From Selaginella moellendorffii (taxonomy: Eukaryota; Plantae; Lycopodiophyta), in assembly GCF_000143415.4 (NCBI RefSeq), contig NW_003314301.1, forward strand, positions 1,294,981-1,358,980: a stretch of DNA of 64,000 bases, given 5' to 3'. Positions 1-10,016 of this stretch are shown here, piece by piece (position 1 is the stretch's first letter; every line of letters starts with the position of its first letter). The notes below the pieces were generated by a model. The model worked only from the letters and a program-made list of their open reading frames with translations. It was not told the DNA's origin and searched no databases. Made by a program: the position numbers and the translations under genes.

Positions 1-727
1 TGTGTGGATGGATGGATGGATCAGGCATGTACGAACATGCTGCGGATTTATTTGAGGCCATGAAGCTGAGAGGCCTGAGGCCACACGAGGTGAGAAAGCT
101 CGTTTTATGTTATGGTCTGTGGCGTAACAGCGCTGGTTTCTTTTTTTCACAGGTCAGTTACAACAATTTGATCGATGCTTACGCTCGAGCTGGCCAATTC
201 GCGAAAGCAGAGCAGCTGCTGGTTGAAATGGCCAAAGCCGGATGTCCTCCGAGCTCGGTCACGTTTCTTCTTCTCATCTCTGCCTACGCACACCGGGGGA
301 AATGCAACGAGGCTGAGAATGCTTTAGAGAGAATGCAAACGGCCGCGATACGCCCAACCGTGAGGCATTACAACGAAGTTATGCTTGCTTTCTCCAGGGC
401 CAGGCTCCCTAGTCAAGCCATGGAGAGTTACTTGAAGATGGAGAGGTCAGGAATCCAACCCGACGTAGTCTCGAGCAGGACAATGATCCGGATACTTCTC
501 GAGGGCTCGATGTTTGAAGAGGGACTTTCCCTGTACAAGAAAACCGAGGCAAAACTCGTCAGCGACAGCCTGAGCCGGGAAATGGTGGCGAAGCTGTATC
601 AAGGCGCTGGCAAACACTTCGAGGCCAAATACATATTGCGACAAACATCTGGTGCGTGTTTCTGGCTCTCTTTAAAACTTTGATAAACGTTCCTTTCAAA
701 ACAGGTGATAGAGAGGTGGTTTCCTAG
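1..727 (+). CDS. 3' end of a P-class pentatricopeptide repeat (PPR) protein gene (starts before the window)
   Basis: Tandem 35-aa PPR motifs (VSYNNLIDAYARAGQFAKAEQLLVEM, VTFLLLISAYAHRGKCNEA, RHYNEVMLAFSRARL); GT-AG introns at ~90-152 and 652-704; last exon reads GDREVVS-TAG (725-727). Confidence 0.85.
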
Positions 728-898
728 CGCTAAAAACATGAACACGCGAGAGATGAGAAGAATACAAAAAACGAGCTTGGAGTTCTCAGCTACAAGAAAG
801 ATGAGCTCCAAGCAAGACGCAGCAAAACGAAAACTAAAAAACAAGAACCAAAGCAACACAGGACAAAGCAAAAAGACAACTAGAAGAGCTGTTGTCTG

Positions 899-3100
899 TC
901 ACATGAGGCATTCCACCCGAAAGCCTTTGTCTTCGGCGAACCAGCACTTGCAAACGCGGTACTCGACAAGTCCTCCAACCTCCATAAAGTTCTCCAGCGC
1001 GGCCTCAAAGTACGACTGAAGAACCTTCCAGGCCAGGCAGGCGCACTGCGATCCATACGCCGCCGTGAACTCGTCCATAAGAAAGTGGCAGACGTCCGAG
1101 GGGCTCTCCCGGAACCTCGCAAGATACGACATGAACACCAGCGTCTTGGGGTGGCCGGGAGCGGTGGAATGCAGCAGCCGGAAGAGCCTGTCCGGGGTGA
1201 TGAGCTTGAGAGCCTCATGGCCGCCGGAAGCATCAGCCGACTTCTTCCCGCTCACGGACAGGGGCCCGTAGAAGTCGAAGAGTGTGACCCGGATCAAGTC
1301 TTTGTCATCCTTGGACATCCCGGCGACTCGTCCCAGCCGCTCCTCGACGCTGGCCAGCAGCTGCGTACACTTCTCTATGCTGTCATACTTGAGCGAGTCG
1401 TCCAGCGGCAGCAAATCTCGCAACAGTTCCTTGTTGCTCCGCTCCAAGCAGCACCTCCGGCAGTGGCACTCGAACCCCCAGTCCTCCACCAGCGCCTTCC
1501 TCCGCTCGGTGCTCCACGGAGCGTATGGATCCACGTACGAGATGAGCAGCTCGTCGCCGGCGTGCAAGTCCCTGGCCGCGTGAAACATGGTGGCCTTGCC
1601 AACCTCGAGCTTGGAAACGTTTGGAAGACACGAGTGATTGACGAACGCCGGCAGTCCCCACACCCGCGACTTGCTACACTCGGACTGTCCCAGCATCGTC
1701 CAAGGGAAGTAGGCCGCCTTGACGGCCCCCTGGATCCTGGCCACGTCCAGCGGCGGAGCTTCTTCCGGCGGCATTGCTCCTTCGTAGCCGAGGTTTGGCC
1801 GGAAGATCTTCATGCTCGGCACTGAGGCCGCATCGTCGATGGCGTAAAGTTGGTGGATGATCTTCTGCGACGAGCGGCACGCCTTGAGCGCCCCGACCAG
1901 CAGCTCCGACTCGGCGGCCCCGGCCTCCTCCTTGACACAGCTCGCGAAGCTGATGTTGTTGCTCACCAGCAGGAGCTCACCCAGCCGGACCTTCTTCGTC
2001 ACAAACAGGCCCCGACCGCGACCGTCCCTCGTCAGCCGGACTTCCACGGGGCCGACGTAGTCACTGCATTTTGGAGCGTGCTCGGCGTTGCAGCCGCTCG
2101 AGACGTAGTCGCCAACGTCGTACACTCCCTTCTGGCTCTGCTGGAGGAACACCTTGCACTTGGCCAGCGCTTCCAGGATCTCCTTCTTGGCATCACCGTC
2201 GGACGAGTACTTCGCGGCCGACTTCAAGCTCACGCGGGCCTCGACGTGCTCCTGGATCGCCATGAGCGCTCGGCCCTTCCGGTAGAAGCTCTTGGCGTGG
2301 AAGGCGTCCATCCCGATGGCCCGGTTGGAGTCGGCGATGGCCTTCTCGTACATCCCCAGCTTGAGCCACGCCTCTGCCCGGTTGGAGATGGCCAGCACCG
2401 CCTCGAGCTTCATCTCCTCCCCGCCATCTTTCCTGCCGAGGCTGGCCGCGACGCAGTCACTGTAGTACTGGATCGCCACCAAGTAGCTCCCCTGCGCGAA
2501 GAGAGCGTTGCCTTCCTTGCGGAGCTCCTGGGGTGGCATGGCGACGAGCTTCTCGGGCGGCGAGGTGGCGACGCCGACGAAGTCCAAGTTCCCGGGGCTC
2601 TGGACGTAGAGAACTACCGGGGTGACGCTGGGGTGGAGGCAGCCGATGGAGGGACGCGTGATCACCACCTTGATCCCTTTCGGGAACATCTTGCGGAGCT
2701 CCTCCTGGCGGGAGGAAGGCTGGATGGCGTTGAAGACGTGGAGGATGCAAGTGGTTCCATCGTCGGCCTCGACGACGGTGAGCACGGAGATGCCGCGGCG
2801 GGTGGCGTCGACGCAGAGGCTGCCGAGGAGGAGGCGCTGCTCGTACCAGCGGTGGAGGAGCAGCTTGTTGTCCTGGAGGAGCTTCTGGTTGTTGCGGGCG
2901 CGGCGGTAGAGGTCCTGGACGATGTTCTTGAGGTGGACGGGCTTGAGCTGCGAGGCCGGGGTGGTGGGGGGGACGCCAAACAGGTGCTGGCTCGAGAGGC
3001 TGGCCAGCTTCTTGCAGCCCGAGCAGCGCCGCCGCTCGATGCATTTGAAGGTGCCGTTACACATGTCGTAGTAGTCGCGGAGAACGTCCTCTTTCTTCAT
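899..3100 (-). CDS. TPR + SET domain protein (SMYD-like putative lysine methyltransferase), intronless coding region
   Basis: 738-aa ORF (first ATG 3100; track starts at GTG 3115). TPR motifs (LRKEGNALFAQGSY, SNRAEAWLKLGMYEKAIAD, KSFYRKGRALM); SET motifs GRGLF, NHSCLPN, AARDLHAGDELLISY; post-SET WGFECHCRRC. Confidence 0.9.
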   Translation of the reverse strand: MKKEDVLRDYYDMCNGTFKCIERRRCSGCKKLASLSSQHLFGVPPTTPASQLKPVHLKNIVQDLYRRARNNQKLLQDNKLLLHRWYEQRLLLGSLCVDATRRGISVLTVVEADDGTTCILHVFNAIQPSSRQEELRKMFPKGIKVVITRPSIGCLHPSVTPVVLYVQSPGNLDFVGVATSPPEKLVAMPPQELRKEGNALFAQGSYLVAIQYYSDCVAASLGRKDGGEEMKLEAVLAISNRAEAWLKLGMYEKAIADSNRAIGMDAFHAKSFYRKGRALMAIQEHVEARVSLKSAAKYSSDGDAKKEILEALAKCKVFLQQSQKGVYDVGDYVSSGCNAEHAPKCSDYVGPVEVRLTRDGRGRGLFVTKKVRLGELLLVSNNISFASCVKEEAGAAESELLVGALKACRSSQKIIHQLYAIDDAASVPSMKIFRPNLGYEGAMPPEEAPPLDVARIQGAVKAAYFPWTMLGQSECSKSRVWGLPAFVNHSCLPNVSKLEVGKATMFHAARDLHAGDELLISYVDPYAPWSTERRKALVEDWGFECHCRRCCLERSNKELLRDLLPLDDSLKYDSIEKCTQLLASVEERLGRVAGMSKDDKDLIRVTLFDFYGPLSVSGKKSADASGGHEALKLITPDRLFRLLHSTAPGHPKTLVFMSYLARFRESPSDVCHFLMDEFTAAYGSQCACLAWKVLQSYFEAALENFMEVGGLVEYRVCKCWFAEDKGFRVECLM

Positions 3101-3942
3101 CGACACCGCCGCCACCTTGCTCGCTCGATTCGATCTTCTTCTTTTGCTTTGCTTTCTTCTTCCGTGAAGATCTTTCCTTCTTCTCTACTTCCTCGCGATC
3201 TTCATTTGTCACTTCCTTGTTCTTCGAAGATGATCTTTCTTCCTTCTTCTTACTCGCTGAAGAGATCTTCGTTATTCTCAAGCGAAGTTCTCCTCCGCTA
3301 CTAAGTACTGCCTTTCCTTCTTTGCTACTCTTCGTTTTCGTTCCTTTGCCACTTCGTTCTTTGCTTAGAAACTACTTCACTGGACTGGAAGCACTGTTGA
3401 AATCTCTCCAATCCACTGGAATACGGCCAGCACTCGTCGCGCAAAAGTATTTTTCCAGCAGCGATCTTGTCTGGCGGCACTGTAGCTCTGACTGACCTTG
3501 GGAGCGGGGACGAGTTTTGGCGGAGATTTGGCGAAGCCCGAGCAATGGTGGCGGCAAAATCTCTCTGGAGAGCTGTGGCGGCGAGCAGGGATCGAATGTA
3601 GGAAGGGAGCGAGAGACTTACGAAGAGAGCGATGAGAGCGCAGCGCCCCCAAAATTCCTTGGAGAAGAAAACCCTAGGAAGAGCTACCAGATCGCACGGT
3701 CGGGAGGGGGGACACGTGGCACGCCTAGATCAGGTTATACTACTACATAAAACTAGGACGCTTTTTTTTTATGTATTTATTTTACTTTACATCTCGTCTC
3801 GCAACTCGCAACGCCAAAAACTTTGTCAAAACCTCACCTTGGGAAAGAGAAGAGAGGAAGAAAAAAATAATCCACGAAGACAATGCCAACCTCGAGAAGA
3901 TGAGAAGATGGGATGGAAAAAAAAAGAAGAGAGGACAAAAAG

Positions 3943-6900
3943 TCAGAAGAGATCCGCTGCTTTCTTGTATTGATCTTGCTTCCACTTTGGCAGTGCTCGG
4001 AACTGATCCACTTCCATGCCGAAAACGCTCTTGAATTCCTCGGGCGATAAGTAGCTCTGCTCGGTGACAAAGAGAGAAGTTAATCTCACTCAATCAAGAT
4101 CAAGATCTCTTGCGTAGTTACCTCTCGTTTTGTCACGTCGATTCCAGGAGGATTGCTCGAGGATTTTACCTTGAGGATCTCATAGCTGAAAGGCCCAGTC
4201 GCCGCAGGAGGTGGTGGAGCGTCTGAGCTCTCGGAAGTTGTAGGAGTTGGATCCACCACTGGACAAGATTCGAAGGCGTTAGACAAAGGTTGGAAACAAA
4301 GAAAGTTTTGGTGTTACCAGGTTCTGGAGATGGCTCCTTGCTCTCGACCGGTGACTTTCTCGGCGTGAAAGATGGCCTGGGTGTGAGGGGCGATTGTCTT
4401 TGAGAGGACGCCATGGGAGATGACGAATCCGCGTCGAGTTTTGGTTCGTTGGCACCATTGGTAGCTGTTCGTTTCTTTGGAGGCGTCTGCACGAGGAGAG
4501 AAGTAAGCGACACAACGTAGAACAAAAAAACTGTGGCGTACATCGTGCCCTTGCGCTGGTCTGCCCTGTAGCGCCGCGAGTCGTCTCTCAAAGGGATCAA
4601 CATAGGCCTGTGATTTGTTTTAGAACAAAACAACAAGAAGTAAAGAACAAGCTTACAGCTGATTTTGATGGATCCCAGGCGAAGTGTCTTGTAAAAAATG
4701 CTGGCTCGCTGCCCTCTAGAATTTTGAATATTGGGATGTCTTTGGAAAGACCATCAAGTCTATTGGCCCGCTCAACGTATTTCTACACACACACACACAA
4801 ATATCAAAGATGTTTCCAGAAATTTCAGAACAAACCTCGGCAATTGCCAATCCCTGTTTCTTGTCCTTGGGACTAACGTTTTGACCAATCCAAACACTCA
4901 GTTCACACCGGGTATCAAGGATCATGATGTCGTCACTCAGGAGATCGTCTTGAGTGAAATTAAAAGTTTCTTCAAACTGTATGACACAAAGTTATACATG
5001 CTAGCTCCAAGTTCAAGAATGCGTACCAATAGATTGCCTGGCTTTCTTGTGTACTCAAACAAGCGTGGATCCTTATCGGAGTCAACAAGTTCTCTCTGGC
5101 TGGGATATACCTTCTTTCCTCCAAGAGCATTCCAAAATGTAGGAGGCTCAGAACCTTCTTTCAATGACTTGGGAGATGATTCACTCTATACATCATTTAG
5201 AATAAGCATTAAAGACGATATAAAAAAGATAGGAGTTACCTTCAATGACGTAGCAATTCGTGCGGCAACTTGTTGTTCCTCAAGGGTACTGAAACTTCCA
5301 AACCATAGCAAATAAGTCTTAGCAGACTGAAAAATGAAGCAGTCCGAGGAGTTTAACGAGGCAGAAACCTGCGTAGCATGACGGTGTCACCATCTGACAG
5401 TTTCTGGCAATTTCAAACACAGCTTACGGGCTCAACTTGGACGGCCAGACTGTTGTAAGGCTTTGTTCCACGTACTCGAAATAAAGCAAGACCTTCCTCT
5501 GTGTATGTTTCGTCTTCCGACGCACTCTCTGATACAAGTGTCTTGTATCCCGAGCTCTGACCACCCTGATAATAGGAAGGAATGCACCAGTTTTATCCAT
5601 TCAAAAGATAGTAGTTGACGAAAAATTGTGATCGATACCTTGAAAATGACCAGGCTTGAAAATAACGCAAAAAACTGTGAAGGCTCCTTGCCTTCAAAAA
5701 CACGGGCCTGCCACCAGGAGTTTGTCACAAGATTATGGAAAGAACTACTCACTTGTACTAGACGTCCTTTAAAAGAAGAGGAGATCTCTTCAACGTGAGA
5801 AAATGCTGAGCTTTGATCTTCCTGTAAAGAGCTTTGAAGAAACAAGTAAACAATTTTATAGGAGGCCATACCTCTGTACTTTGATTTCCAAGCCAGCAGC
5901 AAACAAAACACTCTGTTTCCTTTTGATCTCCTTGGTAAGTGTAACGCACAACAAAACAGTCACCAGAATAAAAATGCCCATGGGCTTCCGAAGGGACGGG
6001 AGTCTTTGTCTTTCCATCAACCCGCCACACCTAAAGCAAGACAAAGTTTTAAAAGTAATGTGCACGGTTTCAAGCACCTCTAATTTTCCTGAGGAGTTAA
6101 AAAGGGATGGTTCATCTTCCTTGACAGAAGCACCTTTCAGAAGTCCCTTGACATCCACGCCTTGCTGCTTGAGTAAAGCTGCGCAAGTCTTAATTCCATC
6201 AGTGAATATGACTCGATAATAATCTTACCCGCAACTTTTCCTCTGCCTTCTTCTGAAACCACAGGAGCACCTCCAGCCGTTGTCCATTCGCCAAAATAAG
6301 ATTTAAACGGCAGAGTTTCAAAGCCTTCGATTACTCGTGTAATTCGTGTTGTTTCTGGCTTCTTAGCAATATATTCCTGCATAGACAAGCGCTTTAAAAA
6401 ATTTATAAGAATGCCACAATGTCCTCCTTACCTCCGCTGCCTTGGACGCAGACTTTCTTTCGTCTAAAGAGGTGGCACGACCCGTCCAAACATATACTGT
6501 AGGTCCACCATCTAACAAGTAGCACTTGTCTGTTTCCAAAAGCTCTCTCGGCAGGGGACTAGCGCTGACTTCTTGCACGTTTCCATCCACGAGACTTCTA
6601 GTAAGAAGCGAACAAGCGAACGACGTTCAGAGTCAGTGGACGAAGGAATGACGGACTAGCAATTACCATATAAACAGCTTTCCACTGCCAGGATCTTCGT
6701 CTTCGTTCTCCTTGATCGAAGCTTTCTTGCCAATGGGTGCAAAACCTCCAAACAATCCCCAAAATTCGCCAGCATCCGCTTCAGCAGCCATTTTTCCATC
6801 CTCTGTCCCACGGCAAGTCTGAGATAAAAGATAGAAAAACACAGTACTCACCAACAATAGCAACTGCGCATTTGCCATCGTGATCATTGTCCTTGATAAA

Positions 6901-7736
6901 CTGCACAACTTCCAGGGCCTTTGCTCGCTCTTGAATGCTTGAGTTGACGCCATTGAACTGATAAATCTTCACGTCTGTATCCAGGATGAACACATCGTCG
7001 TGATTGAGCGACGATCTCGAAAATGGCACCTGAGAAGAGGAGTATAAAGTTTTACGTCATAAAACAGCAGACACAAACCTCTTTTACTCGAACGACTCGC
7101 CTCCCTTTGCAACAAAACAACCGCGGCTCGATCTTTTCGACTTCCGGCTTTTTAAAGCCGGAAGCGCAGCCACCTTCGAGTGGAATAATACACGGCTTGA
7201 AATAAGTTAAAAACTTATCGCTTTCGGATCCTTGGACTTCCCTGTATTGAACAGCTCGTCCTCCCAAGGCTGCATCAAGCTCTACAGATTTTATGGCAGC
7301 AGTGCCAGCTTCATCCTGTGTGAAGAAGACAACATTATATAACTTCGATCCAAATTCACGCAACACAAATTTACCTGACTTGTTGCTTTGCCAAGCCAGA
7401 AATGTATATCATACCGGAGAGCTCCACTCTTCAATGCGGTAGTCTGGGAGAAGTAAGAAAGTAGAAATTAATCATCCATGAAAGGAAGTGCAAGAAAAGT
7501 TAGCACCGACTTTTAAGATGATATATGAATCACCAGTGTAAAACTTTCCATGATCAGACTTTGGCAGAGGGACAGGAACAAAATTTTCGATTCTCCAAAT
7601 CTCCAGCCCGCTAGCAAACGAATTAGATTGATCAAGGTATCATCAAATACCAAAATAGAAGATGAGAAACCAAAGGATACGCTTTCTGTCCAATGCCCTG
7701 GAAGGCCGGATCAACGTTCTTCATGGAAACAGCCAT
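3943..7736 (-). CDS. VLN: Villin (gelsolin repeats + C-terminal headpiece), multi-exon
   Basis: Starts [18 protein letters not shown]; exons encode [67 protein letters not shown]; headpiece [16 protein letters not shown]...[19 protein letters not shown]. Confidence 0.95.
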
Positions 7737-8348
7737 CGCAATATCGATGCTGGATCCTCACAGCAGCATCTAGCGCCAGGAATGATCGAAATATCGCAGA
7801 TCGAGCTCACAGAGATCTAGCTCGTTCCAAATATCCCAATCCTGCTGCCCCGAGGTTAAATCTGGAGATTTCTCGTACCTCTTCACCGGATTCGTGCGCG
7901 CTCGCAGCAGCGCCTCGATTTGCAGTGGCGCTCAAATGCCCGATCGATTCCTCCACGCCGATCCCTGGGATTGCGCAAGAAAACCAACAATGTATGCCTA
8001 ATCTATCACTCGCAACAGTGCTAGGAGCTAAACCTTTCCAGCATGTCTTTAGCATGACAACTCAGAGCCGTCGGATCCACGAATCGGACGCTCCAGGTGG
8101 ATCTGAGTTGGCATAGCGTACCACTGCCACGTGGGGCCCAGGATGCAGAACAACCTGGATCAAAGTAAAGACCATAGAACTCCAATAGATTTTCTTCTTT
8201 CTCAAAACAATCGCAAGATCGATCGCGAAGAAGCTCTCGGAAATTTCGGCCTAGATCTACACATCTTAGAAGTATACACGGGGATGTTTTATTTTTTCTT
8301 TCGATTCTCTCGTTTAAACGGATGCTCTGCAAGGCCTTCGATGGATCG

Positions 8349-9779
8349 TTATGCTACAAAGAAGACGAAGACCAAGAGGAATACCAGGAGCACGAAGAAG
8401 ATCTTGACGATGAGCCAACGGTTGGAGGAGATGCCATTAAGGTACTTGAGAAGCTGGCCTTGCGCGGCATCCACATTCGATAGCGTATCATCCATGTTTT
8501 CATCGATCCTGCGAGAAAAAGAGAACTTTGGGTGAGTTCCATCTCCAAAGAAGCTCAACTTCCTGCGGGATCACGCGAAAGAGCGTTTGTTACCTGATCG
8601 CAACTTCGCCTTGCTCCGCAACCATCGTCGCCAACTGCGAGAAAATGTTTCCCAGCTCCGCAATGGTCGACTCCACGTTTCGCAGCGCCTCGGCTCGGCT
8701 GTGCAAGTAGTGATCTTGAGTAGGAACGAGCTGTTGCGTTTGAGTTTGAGACTGCGAGGAGGAGAGGCTGCTACTCGAGGCTTGAGACGTCGAGCTCTCA
8801 GCACCACCAGGCCGCCTCCTGAAAGACCACGAGAGAAAGATCGATCAGCGAAAACAAAGATAAATGAATCTCCAGACACCTTAGATGAGTTGCCTTTGGC
8901 ATTCCATCAGTTACACCTCTGCATGCAATGCAAAGAAACATACTCTCCGTGTCTGTGTGGATAGAAAGCTTTTCTAATCAACTTTTCCTTCACAAACCTT
9001 GAATTGAAGAGCTCCCTCGTTGTGGCTCCGTTCACTGGAACTTGTTTGCCAAAGCGCCTTGTTCCTTTCTCGGCCGAGGTCGAGTAGATCTTCATACGTT
9101 CTTCGTGAACTTTGAGACTCTAGAGGCGCAGAAGGAAACCTTTAGTCACTCAAACTTGGATGGAGAGAGATCGAGAGAAAAATAAAAAGAGGGAGACATA
9201 CCTCGCTTCGCAACGTCAAGACATCCTTGAATTCTTTGGTTGTGTCCATGAGCCTTGTTTTGAGGTTTCCTACGACGGTGGTGGAGTGATCGCTGCTATG
9301 CTTGTTTCGATTGATCTCGTTGCGAGCGTCGCAAACACGCTGGAGATCCTCGATCGCGCTGTTCAATGCCTGGATATCTTGCCTGATCACAGCAGTGAGC
9401 TCTTGGATCTCGACTGCTGGGTCGTCAAAAATGGACGTCTTCTTCGCCACTGCAAGGAGAAGAAAAGTTCTCACCAAGCTCGAAGAGATCGATCTAAAAG
9501 GCGCTAAAGCACGAAGAACTTACATTGGGTGAGCTTGTGGAGCTTGTTAGATGTTTGGTGGATGCTAAGCCCTATTTGCGAGGCCCGGCGATTAAACTCC
9601 GAGTGCAAGGATCCGCTGGATTGATGCTGCTGTAGCGGCCCTCCTGCTCTCGCCGATGATCCCTCCATGGAGCCATTCGCCGCGGAGAATGCCGGCGACC
9701 GTTTCAATCTCTCGGCAATCGCCTGGAATTCCGACGTTCTATCCCTACAAGACGACGCGCCGCTCACCGCCACTGGCAT
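8349..9779 (-). CDS. SYP3: Golgi Qa-SNARE syntaxin, SYP3/Sed5 family, multi-exon
   Basis: N-terminal RDRTSEF motif; AKKTSIFDDPAVEIQELTAVIRQDI; SNARE domain RIDENMDDTLSNVDAAQGQLLKYL; C-terminal TM WLIVKIFFVLLVFLLVFVFFVA. Confidence 0.95.
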
Positions 9780-10016
9780 CTTTGCGCGCCTTTCCTCCCC
9801 CTAGAGCCCTAGAATCGGTTCATGCAGCTTGCGCGCCCTGCCTGTGCCTAGATCCAGCTCTCGCGCTCCCAGATCTCGAGCTCCCAGCCCAGCGCCTTCC
9901 AATCTAGGTCTAACCTCGCAATGAAATGGCATGGGCCGTTGGATTGGGCATCTAACGGACGAGAGAACGCGTCATACGTGGCGCCTTCTTCCACCTAAGA
10001 TTAGGGTTCTTGGGCA

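Noticed and set aside
1085-3304. Long plus-strand ORFs (246 and 484 aa) opposite TPR-SET
   Set aside because: Antisense shadows of a GC3-rich gene with no recognisable domain.
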